DNA from: Octopus sinensis
Taxonomy: Eukaryota
Reading direction: 5' to 3'
Assembly (NCBI RefSeq): GCF_006345805.1
Contig: NC_043013.1
Coordinates: 42,222,001-42,286,000, forward strand
Length of the DNA: 64,000 bases
Shown: in pieces, positions 1 to 13,220 of the stretch
Layout of the letters: every line of letters starts with the position of its first letter
Position numbering within the stretch: position 1 is the first letter of the stretch
Notes under the pieces: model-generated
Database searches by the model: none
Told to the model about the DNA's origin: nothing
What the model saw: the letters and a program-made list of their open reading frames with translations, nothing else
Translations under genes and position numbers: made by a program

Positions 1-260
1 TGTTGTTACAGTTGTTTTTCTCCTCTGCTTTCTTCATCTCATTTCTTCTACTCTTTTTCCCCTCCCTCATTCTTCTTCTTCTCCTTCTTCCTTCTTCTTC
101 TTCTCCCCTTCTTCTTGTTCTTCTTCTTCTTCTTGTTCATCTTCTTCTTGTTCTTCTTCCTTCTTCTCTCCTTCTTCTTCTTCTTCTCCCCTTCTTCTTC
201 TTCCCCTCCCCCTTCTTCATCACCACCACCATTATCACTACCACCACCACTACCACTGTC
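1..260. repeat. (CTT)n/(CAC)n low complexity; similar trinucleotide tracts at 2130-2415, 6080-6360, 27040-27400, 28190-28400, 40405-40650 and 56450-56900
   Basis: Direct inspection. These tracts produce the poly-L/H/S/V/M/T ORFs in the track. Confidence 0.9.
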
Positions 261-2739
261 ATGGAAAAGGTTGCTCATGCATGCATTTATGCATCAAAAG
301 GAAAGTGCATTGCAGCATCTGTTTCAGCTAAATTATGTCCTGAGTTCAAACCTCACCGAGGTTAACTTAGCCTTTCATCCTTTCCCAGGTCAATTCAGAA
401 GAACCTCACTCTAAGTGTAAAGGTGCATGGTCTAGGGGTTATTGTGTTGCATTCATGATCGCTAGATCATGGATTCAATTCCCTGACTGGGCAATACATT
501 GTGTTCTTGAGCAAAACACTTCACTCCACATTGCTCCAGTCCACTCAGACTTTCCTTCTGATCAAGGAAAATGCTGGCCTGCCTTCTTAGCCAGCAGGGT
601 GATATCTTTTGAAGGCTGTAAACAATGCAAAGCGCATTGTGACCAGTGATTTCCTTTTGAGCATTAGGCATCACAGAAGCAAAGTGGTTGAGATTCCTTT
701 CAAGTGTTGGGCCTCACAGAGGCAATGACCGAGACCTTTGGCATTGTGTTGTGCTTGAGAAGACCCATCAAGCCAAGCAAAATTGCAGATACCAGTGTCA
801 CACAAATGGCACCCATGCCAGTGGCACTTAAAAGCACCCATTATGCTCTCAGAATGGTTGGCGTTAGAAAGGGCATCTAAGTTTTTTATATCACCCAACA
901 CTTACTGTATGCACATAAGTGCGATTCCATGAAATATTCATGCTTATTTACATTGCAGATATATGCCATTTAACAAAAGGTTGTATCATATGTAGAGGAT
1001 ATTTTTTTGGTTTTGTTTATAGAATAAATGGAAAAATAAAACTGAATATTTTATGAGTGCTGTGTATTAAGTCTATAAAATTGTGCATAAAGTATATAAA
1101 GTGTATAAAGTAATCATCATATTCCAACTTCTTTCGCTTTTCAATGAGGAGCAGATGAGCGACTATCTTTCCATACAGACACAACACAGGACACACTTTC
1201 AGGTTTTTTGGATAAAGTTTTCAGAAATAACTGAATAGGTTTACCATTAATTCCATGAAATCTTCACAGGTCCCACTAGTTGTTGTTGTTATTATTATTA
1301 TTATTATTATTATTCAGAGTGAGGACACATGGCCAACTGGTCAGGGTGTTGCGCTCACAATCACAAGGTCATGGTTCCAATCCCTGGGCCGAGTGATGTG
1401 TTGTGTTCTTGAGCAAAGCACTTCATTTCATGTTAATGACAAAATCACTTTGACACCTGACGCGTGGTACACAGTGCACCTGTTCAGGTAACATCGACTT
1501 GATGGACAGGAAGTGAGCTGATGCACAACATGTACATTTGATCGCTATAAACAAATAATTTGTGCAGGTCATTCAGCTTGAGCTGAACACTCATACATCA
1601 TCATCAACAGGAGAATCCATCATAATTACTGTTGTTGTTGTTGTTGTTGTTCTGGAGGTGGTGAGCTGGCAGAATCGTTAGCAGGCCAGACAAAATACTT
1701 TGCAGTATTTCATCTATTTTTACATTCTGTGTTCAAATTCCACCGAGGTCAACTTTGCCTTTCATCCTTTCGGGGTCAAGGAAACAAGTACCAGTCAAGT
1801 ACTGGGGTCAGTGTAATCAACTTACCCTCTCCCCCAAAATTTCAAGCTTTGGGCCAATAGTCAAAAGGATTAGCAGCAGCAGCAGTAGTAGTAGTAGTAG
1901 TAGTATGTTTAAAATATTTTTTTGTTGTTTCGAATTGCTGTTATTGTTTACATTCTCCATATTTGATGTTAAGCTTCATCTTTCATTTGTAATCCTTCCG
2001 GCTAATGCCACCCTCACCCCCACCCCACCATCTTTCACCCAAGTGGCAATGAATGAAATCATTGTTTGTTGCAGTTGTTGTTGTTGTTGCTTTTATTGGG
2101 GTGATAGGGAGGCAGAAACTGTAGAACTTCATCATTATCATCTTCGTAGTCGTCATTACCACCATAAACATCATCACTGTTATCATCATCATTACCATGA
2201 CCACCACCAGCACTACCATCATAATCATCAGTCTCATCATCATTATTGCAATGACCACCACCACCATCAGCAGCATTATCACTATAACCATCATCATCAT
2301 CATCACTGCAATGACCACCACCACCACTATTATCACCATCATCATCATCACCACGTACTACTATCACCAGTACTACCAACTTAACCATCATCACTTCTGT
2401 CATCATCATCATCAGTTTACTCTGTAAATCTACACTACACTCCTAGACTGTTCTAGATAGATATGACAACATCTAAAACAAACAGCAAGCACTATCTGTA
2501 AAGCTGGTAAAGTAGTTAGTTAATGGTGGCGGTGGTGATGGTGGCTGCAACGGCAGATCAGAGAGGAAATAAAACTAAGGGAGATGCTTGCAGAGTGACT
2601 AAATAAATGGTTTTACCGTCTGTAACAAAGGCCATGTTACCTCAAAGTGTTAAGCTGTCTTCTTGATCTAACATTACATATTGTGTTATTACACCTTGTT
2701 AGCGCATGAAGACAGTGGTACCTTGATGTTTCGGAATGT

Positions 2740-3835
2740 TGATTACTACAACACGGGCCTCAAGCACTAATGACTATAACAGCAGACAAAGCAGCCGGCG
2801 TAACAACAGCAGCAATAGACATGACAACAATAACTATAGACATAACATGTATAACAATTGCAACAGACTTAGCAACGATTGCGGCAGATGTGGCAATAGC
2901 AACAGACGTAGTGACTAGAGTAATGAAGCATGGCAATAGCAACATGCCTGACAAAATAAGCAGCAGGTATAACAACGTTAGCAAAAGTTTTAAAACAGTT
3001 GCAACAGGTTTAACAACCACAGCAACCGACATAGCAACAAGCATAAACAATAGCAACGTGCCTGGCAAAATTAGCAGGAGTTATACTGAAATTAGCAATA
3101 GATATGATGATGGCTGCAACAGACTTAACAACAATAGCACCAGGCATAATAGCAACTGCAATGGACATAACAACTATAGCAATTTTAACAGACATGACAA
3201 TAGCAAGAGGCATAGCAACATGCAAGAATTAGCAGCAAATATAACAACATTAGTGGCAGCGTGTGGCTTAGTGGTTAGGGTGTCAGCATCATGATTGTAA
3301 GATTGTGGTTTCGATTCCTGGACCGGGCAACGCATTGTGTTCTTGAGCAAAACACTTCATTTCACGTTGCTCCAGTCCACTCAACTGGCAAAAATGAGTA
3401 ACGCTGCTATGGACTGGCGTCCCGTCCAGCTGGGGAACACATACGCCATAGAAACCAGGAAACTGGGCCCATGAGCCTGGCTACACTTTAAAAGAGTGCA
3501 TTTATTTATTTGTATAACAGCATTAGCAAAAGATATGATGTTGATTGCAACTGACTTAATGACAATAGCACCAGGCATAATAGTACTTGTGGTGGACGTA
3601 ACAACTATAACAATTGCAACAAACATGACAATAGCAACAGGCATAGCAACATGCAAGAATTAGCAGCATATATAACAACACTAACAAAAGGTATGATGAC
3701 AATTGCAACGGACATGACAATAGCAATTGCAAGGGACATAACAACAATAACAATTGCAACAGACATGACAATAGCAACATACAACAATTATCAGCAAATA
3801 TGAAAGCATTAGCAAAAGATATGGCAATGATTGCA
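2740..3835. repeat. Degenerate A/C-rich minisatellite interrupted by a SINE
   Basis: Recurring gcaacagacatgacaatagcaac and taacaacattagcaaaagatatg blocks. Confidence 0.75.
3254..3512 (+). mobile_element. tRNA-derived SINE family B (also ~420-650, 1320-1620, 12050-12384-, 12458-12775, 22915-23225-, 30555-30900, 42885-43170, 48715-49050)
   Basis: A box tggcttagtgg and B box ggtttcgattcc. Body tgtgttcttgagcaaaacacttcatttcacgttgctccagt. 14-bp TSD tataaca(a/g)cattag at 3240-3253 and 3513-3526. Confidence 0.87.
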
Positions 3836-4152
3836 GGTCAGACTTGGTCAAACTTACCCATGACATGCAGTTTTTCTCAAATATTTCAGGTTAGCTCTGA
3901 ACTTGTCCTTGTACCTTAGCTATGGTGTGATTATGCTTCTCTTTGCATCAGGGAGCTGGCTGTACAAAGCTAAACATACAGTTTGGGTGTGTGTGTGTGG
4001 GGGGTTTATTTTAGTGGGTGGCTAGTTCAGAAAGAAGGTATGTCTCTCCAATAACTCAAATTTAAACCGAAAGGGGGATAAAAATAGTTAACGCCCAATC
4101 GTTAGACTAACAAAATATTCTATATCACCAATGGCTCATCAGGAATGCATAT

Positions 4153-4380
4153 ATTGGGTCATCCCATAAATAATGCAGTTTTTTATGCTTCTTTTATTTT
4201 TCAAAATTAAGATGAAGTTCTTTTTTTATCTACAATATACTCCCCTTCATTTTCTACAATGCTCTTCCATCTAGCTGATAGACTTGCAAGGTCCCTCTTC
4301 CAAAATTTACTTGTCCATGATGAAAAATACTCTTTCAGTACTGTTCTGACCTCATATACAGAATTCATATTTTTTCATCA
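4153..4380 (-). mobile_element. Mariner 3' end remnant
   Basis: TIR-like ttgggtcatcccataa. Minus strand EYFSS....FWKR...L..RWKSIVEN.GEYI. Confidence 0.6.
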
Positions 4381-4450
4381 CCAGTCACCATTACCCTAAC
4401 CGAAGCAAGGGTAGAAAGTTATTCAGGTTACATATAGGATTAACTATATA

Positions 4451-5396
4451 CGAGGGGTCCCAAAAGAAATTGGAATTTTGCATTATTGTTTTATCCACTT
4501 AGTTTTTTTATGTTTGGACTTTTATCACCTCCAAAATTACTCAAATTTCATTGGCAAAAGTTTCAGGACATGCCAGTTATATCAACAAGTTTGTCAATTG
4601 TTCAGTGATGGTCCTCCAAGATCAGTTCATGAATTTTCCTGGTGTTTCCATTTGTTCGGGAGGTCAACAGAGGCCCTGACAGAGGTTGGTCTTCAAGTGA
4701 CAAGTGACAATTCCTAAAGTGCAAAAACCACTCATAAACTTGTGTTTTTGCTCATGGCAGCACCCTTGTAAGCTGTTGGAAGCATGACAACTGTTTCGGC
4801 CACCATTTTCCCCAGCAGGGAGCAGAGTTTCACAGAAGCATGCTATTCCTTCGTTTCAGCCATTGCAAAAAAAAAAATCAATGAAGAGGTGGGAAGCACT
4901 GCAAAGCAAAAATGCACCGCCAATGCCAGCGCCGCCTCGACTGGCTTCTGTGCCGGTGGCACATAAAAAGCACCATCCGAACGTGGCCGATGCCAGCACC
5001 GCCTTGGCTGGCTTCCATGCCGGTGGCACATTAAAAGCACCAACCGATCGTGGCCAATGCCAGACTCCTCTGGCACCTGTGCAGGTGGCACATAAATAGC
5101 ACCCACTACACTCTCAGAGTGGTTGGCGTTAGGAAGGGCATCCAGCTGTAGAAACACTGCCAGATCAGACTGGAGCCTGGTGCGGCCCCTGGCTTCCCAG
5201 ACCCCGGTTGAACCGTCCAACCCGTGCTAGCGCGGAAAACGGACGTTAAACGATGATGATGATGTGGCTGTAGGACTACACTCGACAACACCAGTTGGCA
5301 TACTGATGGCTGGGGGTCGCATCAAGTGGCTTATAACGGGGGGGGGGGAAACCTGAGCTACAATCATCTTTTCTGATTACTTTTTGGCACCCCTAC
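4451..5396 (-). mobile_element. Decayed mariner element (N-terminal HTH region) with nested RTE-tail insertion
   Basis: Ends cgaggggtcccaaaa / tttttggcacccct. Minus-strand remnant LLGK...AETV.ML..AYK.AAMSKTQVYEWF. Confidence 0.6.
4915..5263 (+). mobile_element. RTE-tail element with internal 60-70-bp subrepeats and (GAT)n tail (representative; also ~9103-9431, 10613-11130, 18019-18460, 32905-33190, 33555-34030, 38497-39000, 43968-44141, 52765-52952, 63560-64000)
   Basis: Recurring gccggtggcacgtaaaaagcacc units and ggcgttaggaagggcatccagctgtagaaac...ggacgttaaacgatgatgat. The same module follows RTE coding sequence at 16140-16326. Confidence 0.8.
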
Positions 5397-6261
5397 ACAC
5401 ACACTTTAATAAACTTATTCAAACTGCATTTTTATCTCATGACTCAAATTTCACTCCCTGCAATTTTCAGGCAGAAGCATGTGTGTTTGTGCGTGAGAGA
5501 GAGAGAGAAAAAGTTGTATAATTTAAAATTTATTTTATTCTTTCATAATCAGCTCTGCTTGTGAAACAGTGTCTTTTTTCTCTGTACGGATTCTTGTACA
5601 GATCTGCATTTTGTGTGTGCATGTTTATGTATATGTATTTTGCTATGGAATTTTGGTATACTTCTGTAGAAAACTGTAACCTTTATGTGCTCAACTCTAT
5701 TTAGCGGCATTGTGTGTGTGTGTGTTTGTGCTTGCGAGTGTGTGTATATATGTATGTGTGTGTGTGTATATATAAGATGCAGCTGTCGTTAGCTGGAGGT
5801 GGGAGGCCGGTAAGTCCATCACTGAGCTACATTCCATGTGGTAGGGTTCATTTGGTGTGGGAGGAATGAACTGATGGTGGTGGTGGTGGTAGCAGTAGGA
5901 ATGGTGACGGCAGCAGTAGTGGTGGTGCTGGTGGCGGTGGTGATAAGGAAAATAAGTATTTTATCTCTGGAGGATTAAAGAAATTCTGGTTGATGTATGG
6001 AGTGGGTAGGGTGCAGCTGTGTGGGTAGCAGCTCTTGTTGTTGTTGTTTAGCCCCAGGTCACCTTGATCAAGCACACTTAGTAGTAATAGTAGTAGTAGT
6101 AGTAGTAGTAGTAGCAGCAGTAGTAGTAGTAGTAGTAGTAGTAGCAGCAGTAGTAGTAGTAGTAGTAGCAGCAGCAGTAGTAGTAGTAGTAGTCGCAGCA
6201 GCAGTAATAGTGGTGGTAGTAGTTAGTAGTAGTAGTCGCAGTGGTGGTGGTAGTATTAGTC

Positions 6262-6292
<31 letters not shown>

Positions 6293-8176
6293 TAGTAGTA
6301 GCAGCAGCAGCAGCAGCAATGATGTTCGTTGTTGTAGAGGTGGTAGTAGTGGTGGTGTGTAAGCCAGAGGAGAGAGTATCATTTACCCTGTAAATTTTAT
6401 GAGATTCTTTCTGTGAACGCTTGCCTAGCTAGAAATAGCAGTCAGATTGCTCTCAATCACATCCTACCATAATACAATAGCAGACATTAGATTGTATGTC
6501 CTTAGTTCCCCAGACATAGGAAACAAATGAGATGGTCACCGATGGATTGCCATTGATCATAGCTCTGCTTGCTCAGATTTACAATGGACTTAATGACCAC
6601 AACAATAAAAGACTGGACATTCAGCACATAACTTGCACTCACTCTGCTGTCTCCTTTCGCAATCTCTCTCCATCTCTCTCTCCCTCTACTTCTCTTTGTC
6701 TATGTCTCTCTCTCTCTCTCTCACTATCTATCTACTTCCCTTTGTCTATCTAGCTCTCTATCTATTTATCTTTCTATTTATCTACTTTGTCTGTCTGTCT
6801 GTCTAGCTCTCTCTCTCTCTCTCTCTGTCTATCTATCTACTTCTCTGTCTATCTAGCCCTCTCTCTCTCTCTTCCCTCTCTCTCTCCCCCACCCCACCTC
6901 TCTATGCTTACACAATGTCATCATTATCATAATTATTTTCCTTATCTTTCATGTTCCTTGCTGGCATGAATTGAGCAGTTTGACAGGACTGCAGTGGTTC
7001 CAATGTCTGCTTTGTCATGGCTTCTACAGCTGGATGACCATCTTAAAGCCAACCATTTTACAGCTTTGCATCAGTGAGGCCACCATGCATCTTACACAGT
7101 GATGAGCCCTGGGGGGGTTGGGCTTTATGCTAGAAGATATGAAAGGCTAAAGCATTTTTTTTTTACTTATCTCGGTCATTTGATTGCAGCCATGCTGGAG
7201 CACCACCTTGAAGGTTTTTAATTGGCCTAGTACTTATTCTATCAGTCTTTTTTGCTAAGCCAAGTTGCAGGGACATAAACACACCAGCATTGGTTGTCAA
7301 GCAATGGCAGGATTACATACACAGACACACACACATAGATACATATATATATACACACACACACATTCGACAGGCTTCTTTCAGTTTCCATCTACCAAAT
7401 CTACTGACAAGGCTTTGGTCAGCCCAGGGCTATAGTAGAAGACACTTGCCCAGGGTGCCATGCAATGGGACTGAACCTGGAACCATGTGGTCGAGGGGCA
7501 AGCATCTAACCGCACAGCCACACCTTGCCTCACCTGTCATATATAATATATATATACACACACACACACGCACATATACATATATATATCATCTTCAACA
7601 GTCTTTTCTTTTTCTGTGAGGAAGAAGGCAGTCACAATTTAAGCAATATTCTGTACTCAGTACTGGCCAATCTAGCTTCCACCACTGATCCCTATCTGCA
7701 GCAAGTTATCAGCCCCATCAATTCTTCTATCATATCTCACTAGATCCTGTATGTGTGTCTATTGTTAAACTTCTCCAACACAAAAAGGTTCTCTAGCTTG
7801 ATTTTTGTGATTCAGAAGATTGTCCGTTCACATTTCATCCCTTTCAGCATAAAGTGGTCTCAGTTCAGCATAAATTAGTATCTTGCAATCAATTCTTCAT
7901 TGTTCATTTTTTTAAATAACCTCCAGGCGCTAATTACAAAAGACAATGATGTCCAACCGTTTATCTCTGTTGGTGACTCTTATTATTATTGTCAATGTCT
8001 CAATACCATCCAGCAGAACAGTCTCAAATGGAAGCTGCCTTTTAATTCTAACACTGATAGAAATTAAATCTTGATAGAAATTGATGTATTGGTCTAAAAT
8101 TAATTTTACTGCCTGTCATGTGACATCATTCATAACAGATATCTGTGACAATAGGAAATTGAGCCCTTGAGGTGGA

Positions 8177-8357
8177 TAGATCGTTAGCCACTACACACAT
8201 TTTTTTTTCTCTCCTTGTTTTTTCTATGTCCCTTTCTGTAGAAGAACATAGGCTCGAAACGTAAAAGACTTTTTCTATTCCTGAGCGTTATACTAATACA
8301 TCTGTTTGTTTTGTACACTACCTGTCTTCGTCTTTTGTTTTTTTCATAAACTCTCCC
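8177..8357 (+). mobile_element. TA-abutting ~180-bp repeat with a hammerhead-like motif; other copies at 25161-25325, 49957-50125 and 50331-50500 in opposite orientation
   Basis: All four copies share the same terminus (gggag/aagtttacg) next to TA runs. Motif CUUU-CUG(UA/UU)GAAGA-GCGUAGGCUC-GAAA-CG-UA-AAAG. Confidence 0.6.
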
Positions 8358-8420
8358 TATATATATGTATATATATATATAACTGTGGAACTACATCTGC
8401 AAAAGTATGTATCATTCATA

Positions 8421-8812
8421 GGCTTGGCTGTGTGGTAAGAAGCTTGTTTCCCAACCATATGGTTCTGAGTTCAGTCCCACTGTGAGGCACCCTGGGCAAG
8501 TGTTTTCTACTATAACCTCTAGCTGGCCAAAGCCTTGTGAGCAGATTTGGTAAATAGAAACTGAAAGAAGCCCGTCATATGTATGTGTGTGTGTGTATGT
8601 ATCTATATGTGTGTGTGTCTTTGTGTCTGTGTTTGTCTCCCCACTACTGCTTGACAGCCAGTGTTGGTGTGCTCATCAAAAAGAGACGAATAGAATAAGT
8701 ACCAAGTTTTAAAAAAATAAGTACTGGGGTTGATCCATTCAACTAAAAATTCTTCAAGGTTGTGCCCCAGCATGGCCACAATCTAATGACTAAAACAAAT
8801 AAAAGGAAAAGA
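8421..8812 (+). mobile_element. tRNA-derived SINE family A, with internal (TA/TG) microsatellite and aaaagag tail (also ~7165-7530-, 10455-11440+, 16495-16860-, 20128-20520-, 23253-23625+, 26478-26930-, 39485-39810+, 47622-48055+)
   Basis: Pol III A/B-box-like head tggctgtgtggtaag...gttcagtccc. Body gcaccttgggcaagtgtcttctactatagc...gaaactgaaagaagccc. 3' part gataagtact...tgctccagcatggcc...actgaaacaagtaaaag. Confidence 0.85.
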
Positions 8813-9051
8813 AAATTACTTGGTCAGTTTCCCAGTGGCATTATCATAGATATCCAGAGAAGTCGATCTGGTGTCAACAGACATGTAAGCTCTCTCTTTG
8901 GAGTGCATGCTTTTGCAATCCAGGACCAGGAAGTAACAGAGATAATTTAACACTTAGTTGTGTTGTACTCAATACTGGCTGTGTGGAGTTAACATTAATA
9001 ACATATCGTACATAATAAGCAGCAGTCTGAAAATGTCATTTGACATTAGGT

Positions 9052-9670
9052 CAGGGGTTGAGGAACTTTTTTAACCAATTACCCCAAAATATATTTATTT
9101 GTGCTGACGACTGGCTTCCGTGCCGGTGGCACGTAAAAAGCACCAATCCAATTGTGGCCGTCTCCAGCCTCACCTGGCACCTCTGCCGGTGGCACATAAA
9201 AAGCACCAATCCGATTGTGGCCGTTTCCAGCCTCGCCTGGCACCTCTGCCGGTGGCACATAAAAAGCACCCACTACACTCATGGAGTGGTTGGCATTAGG
9301 AAGGGCATCCCGCTGTAGAAACACTGCCAGATCAGACTGGAGCCTGGTGCAGCCTTCTGGCTTCCTAGATCCCCGGTCGAACCGTCCAACCCTTGCTAGC
9401 ATAGAGAACGGACATTAAACGATGATGATGATTACCTGCTTCATTTGAAAGGAAGTAAATCATAGATTCTTTGAATTCAAAAGGTTTATTGAATCTATTT
9501 ACACGTTCATTACATTGGACAGATTCAGTGTTGCTAGAAGAAAAATGTCTGTCGTAACAAGGAACACATTTTTTTATGTAATTTTACTGATGTCTAATGA
9601 GTTCTCATTACCCCCAAGAATTTCATTTTTACCCTACTTATGGTAATTTACCCCTGTTTACTGACCCCTG
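9052..9670. mobile_element. hAT-type MITE with nested RTE-tail element
   Basis: Termini caggggt / acccctg. Perfect 8-bp TSD cattaggt at 9044-9051 and 9671-9678. Confidence 0.85.
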
Positions 9671-11128
9671 CATTAGGTAGTAACTCCATTGGCTCTATTG
9701 TTGGATTCCCAATATAGAAATCAAAATCTCCCCCAAATCACATCTTATCATCTTCAAAAAATAAGGGAGGAGTTATATAATATAATGCTAGATACTTATT
9801 GAGAAAGATGTTAAAGCTTTCGATACCATCCTAGCCAAGACCATCCTTGACTCTATGTTTCAAACATCCTGCTTTAAAAGGATCTAAATTATAGCCTTTC
9901 TAAATTATAGAAATTCAGGTTAATTGACATTCCAAACACCAAAGTTATTTTACTGAACAGTTCATTATTTTGGTAACTGCTTCTGGTGGTGAGGCTTCAT
10001 CTCAGGAGTTTTGGTGTTTTGGAGAGTATGAAGTTACCCTGCAGTAGCCACTACTCTGGTGCAGAGTGGTAGTATAAAGGGCCCCAGTTATGGGCCCAGT
10101 CCTCCTGCCTGTGGGGTACTGATTCACATGTGCCTCAAAGAAAATGTTGAGAGAACCAGAAGCCAGCAGTGAAAACTGTAAATGAATTGGTGGAAGGCAA
10201 TGATAAGCTAATGCTGTAGCTGTATCTTTCCCAAGAAAATTTACAGATCTTCAGACTTTGGCATGGAGGTCCACAGCTGCAAAGACCTGTAGACATGGCA
10301 CATAAAAAGAAAAGAGAGAGAGAGCGAAAGTGTGTGTGTGTGTGTGTTAGATACACTAAGTCAAAAAATATAAGAAGGGGAGATCTGAAATGTTTTTGAT
10401 TTTGGAGTTACTGGATCAGAGCTGATCTCAGATTAAACAATGATAATCGCATTGGTATGGTAAGAAGCCTACTTCCCAACCACATGGTTGTGGGTTCAGT
10501 CCCACTGTATGGCACCTTAGGCAAATGTCTTCTACTATAGCCTTGGGCTGACCAAAACCTTGTGAATGGATTAGGCAGACAGAAACTGAAAGAAACCCAT
10601 CATGTGTGTATATCATCATCATCATCGTCGTTTAACGTCCGTTCTCCATGCTAGCATGGGTTGGACGGTTCGACCGGGGTTCTGGGAAGCCAGAAGGCTG
10701 CACCAGGCTCCAGTCTAATTTGGCAATGTTTCTACAGCTGGATGCCCTTCCTAACGCCAACCACTCCGTGAGTGTAGTGGGTGCTTTTTACGTGCCACCT
10801 GCACAGGTGCCAGGCGGGGCTGGCAACGGCCACGGTCAGATTGGTGTATTTTATGTGCCACCGGCACGGAAGCCAGTCGAGGCGGTGCTGGCATCGGCCA
10901 CGAGTCGGATAGTGCTTTTTACGTACCACCAGACCAGGGATCCTGGCTGTTCAATTCGATTTCGATTCGCTTGCCCCAACATGTCTTCACAAGCAAAGGG
11001 GGTTGGCAAGGGTGCCTGTCGTACGGTCGCATTGGAGTATTTTACGTGCCACGGCCACGAGTCGGATAGTGCTTTTTACGTACCACCAGACCAGGGATCC
11101 TGGCTGGTTCAATTCGATTTCGATTTCG

Positions 11129-11174
<46 letters not shown>

Positions 11175-11563
11175 TATTTCGGAATGGTCATATTGCCAGT
11201 TTAAACGTATATATATATATATGTGTGTGTATGTGTCTTTGTGTCTGTGTTTGTCTCCACCACCACCACCACCCCTTGACAACTGGTACTGGTAGGTAAC
11301 TCAGCAGTTCAGCAAAAGAGATTGATAGAATAAGTACTAGGCTTACAAATTCCTGAGGTCAATTTGTTCAACTAAAAGCCTTTAAGGCAATGCTCCAGCA
11401 TGGCCACCGTCAAATGACTGAAACAAGTAAAAGAATAACAGAATATATAAAATAAGTTTGAATTTATATGTCTGACTGTATGCTTGTGTGTGTGTGTGTA
11501 CCAACTGGATCAACTCCATATTATCATTAATCATGTGTTGATAATTTTTCTTATTTGTTTCAG

Positions 11564-11692
11564 GTAATGACACAGGAATGTACTTTGGATGTTTCCGGGA
11601 CTCCCGTGCCAAAAGGGAGCTGGGAGGGCATCATAAGGATTTCCCAGAAACCAACTCACCTTCTGTGTGCATTGCTCACTGCTTACAAGCCG
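11564..11692 (+). CDS. oxt: Xylosyltransferase exon A (WSC domain, N-terminal half)
   Basis: Acceptor tttgtttcag|GT and donor G|gtaact; 129 nt, phase 1-1. Translates NDTGMYFGCFRDSRAKRELGGHHKDFPETNSPSVCIAHCLQA(G), matching the WSC-type YxGCFxD...CxxxC pattern. Splices in frame to exon B. Confidence 0.9.
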
Positions 11693-13220
11693 GTAACTAT
11701 GACAACCATTCTTCTTTTATATGACTGTAATCACTTCTACTCATTACTGTAGAGATACATGGCTTAGTGGTTAGAGTGTTAGATTCTTCATCATAAGATC
11801 ATGGTTTCGATTCCAGGCCTGGACAACACTTTTTTTTCTTAAGAAAACCACTTCATTTCATGTTGTTCTACTCCACTCAGCTGGTAAAAATAAGTATTCC
11901 TGTGAAATAAAAGAATAAGAGAGAGAAACAGAGAAAAACAAAAGAGTAAAAAGATCGTATAGTGTGCACATCAGAATTATTCAGATAAAACTTACTTGGA
12001 AGAGGGTGCGTGGTGTTCAACCATATAATAATATAAATAATATATATATAAAGGGGTAAAGACCCCCTTCGGTCATGAATGACCATGGGATTGCACCTAG
12101 AAAGTTACCCTCCTAGACACAAGTCCGGGCAAGGTTGTTTATGGAAGACCAGCAGTCGCCCATGCATACCAGCCTCCCCTCTCCACGCCACCAGTGTTAT
12201 CCAAGGGAAAGACAAAGGTCGATACAGCTTGGCACCAGTGACGTCGCAACTCATTTCTACAGCTGAGTGAACTGGAGCAACGTGAAATAAAGTGCCTTGC
12301 TCAAGAACACAACACGCAGCCCAGTCTGGGATTCGAGCTCACAACCTCACGATCGTAAGCTCGACGCTCTAACCACTGAGCCATATATATATACACATAC
12401 ATATATATATACATACTTACGTCAATATGTATAATATATATATAGACATATATATGTGAAGGTGCATGACTCTGGTTAGATGGTCGGGCTCACAATCACG
12501 ACCAGGCTGTTTTGTGTTCCTAAGCAAGACACTTTGTTTGAGGTTGCTCCAGTTCACTCATCTGTAGAGATTAATTGTGACGTCACTGGTGCAAAGCTGT
12601 ATCGGCCCTTTTGCCTTTTCCTTGGATAACATCAGTGGTGTGGGGAGGGGAGGCTGGTATGCATGGGTGACTGCTGGCCTTCCATAAACAACCTTGCCTG
12701 GACTTGTGCCTCAGAGAGGAGCTTTCTAGGTGTAACTCATAGTCATTCATCACTGAAGGGGGTTTTTACCCTTTATAGACATCTAAAAAGTGGGGAATTG
12801 AAAGTGATACAGCAGTGCTTTAAAAGCAACGTGCCTGATGAAGTGCCAGTATGCAAGTTGTTGGTGTATGATTAATTTACGTAATTATTTATAAAATAAT
12901 TTATGTAATGGTATGAGACTGAAAACTCAGCACAACACAGAAACAAATGTAATTTGTAATTAAAACATGTTCATTCCATCTTCTTGTATAAATTTGTGTG
13001 TGTGTGTTCTTTTTCCCACCTTCACTGCTTAACAACTGATGTTGGTTTGTTCTCATACTTGTAACTTAGCAGTTCAGCAAACGAAAACCAATAGAATAAG
13101 CTCCAATCATAAAACATTAGCACTGAGGTTGATTTGTCCAACTGCCCCAGCACAGCTATAATCCAGTGATTAAAACGAGCAAGGTGTAAAAGATAAAATG
13201 ATGATGATGATACAGTCGTT

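Noticed and set aside
2770-3294. 174-aa Thr/Ala/Asn-rich ORF as an upstream mucin-like stem exon of oxt
   Set aside because: It lies in a degenerate minisatellite, reads into a SINE and has no convincing splice sites. No upstream oxt exon was recognised in 1-11563.
3254-3325. tRNA genes at SINE heads
   Set aside because: They have A/B boxes only, run into shared SINE bodies and tails, and do not form a proper cloverleaf.
4843-5220. Recurrent ORFs containing FLQLDALPNANHS...VVGAFYVPPA
   Set aside because: Antisense translation of the multi-copy RTE-tail repeat, not a protein family.
10032-10121. Structured segment (taccctgcag/ctgtggggta stem with inner hairpins) as an HDV-like or twister ribozyme
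   Set aside because: No P1.1 GG or J4/2 C-N-A-A could be placed for an HDV-like fold, and there is no twister L4 consensus.
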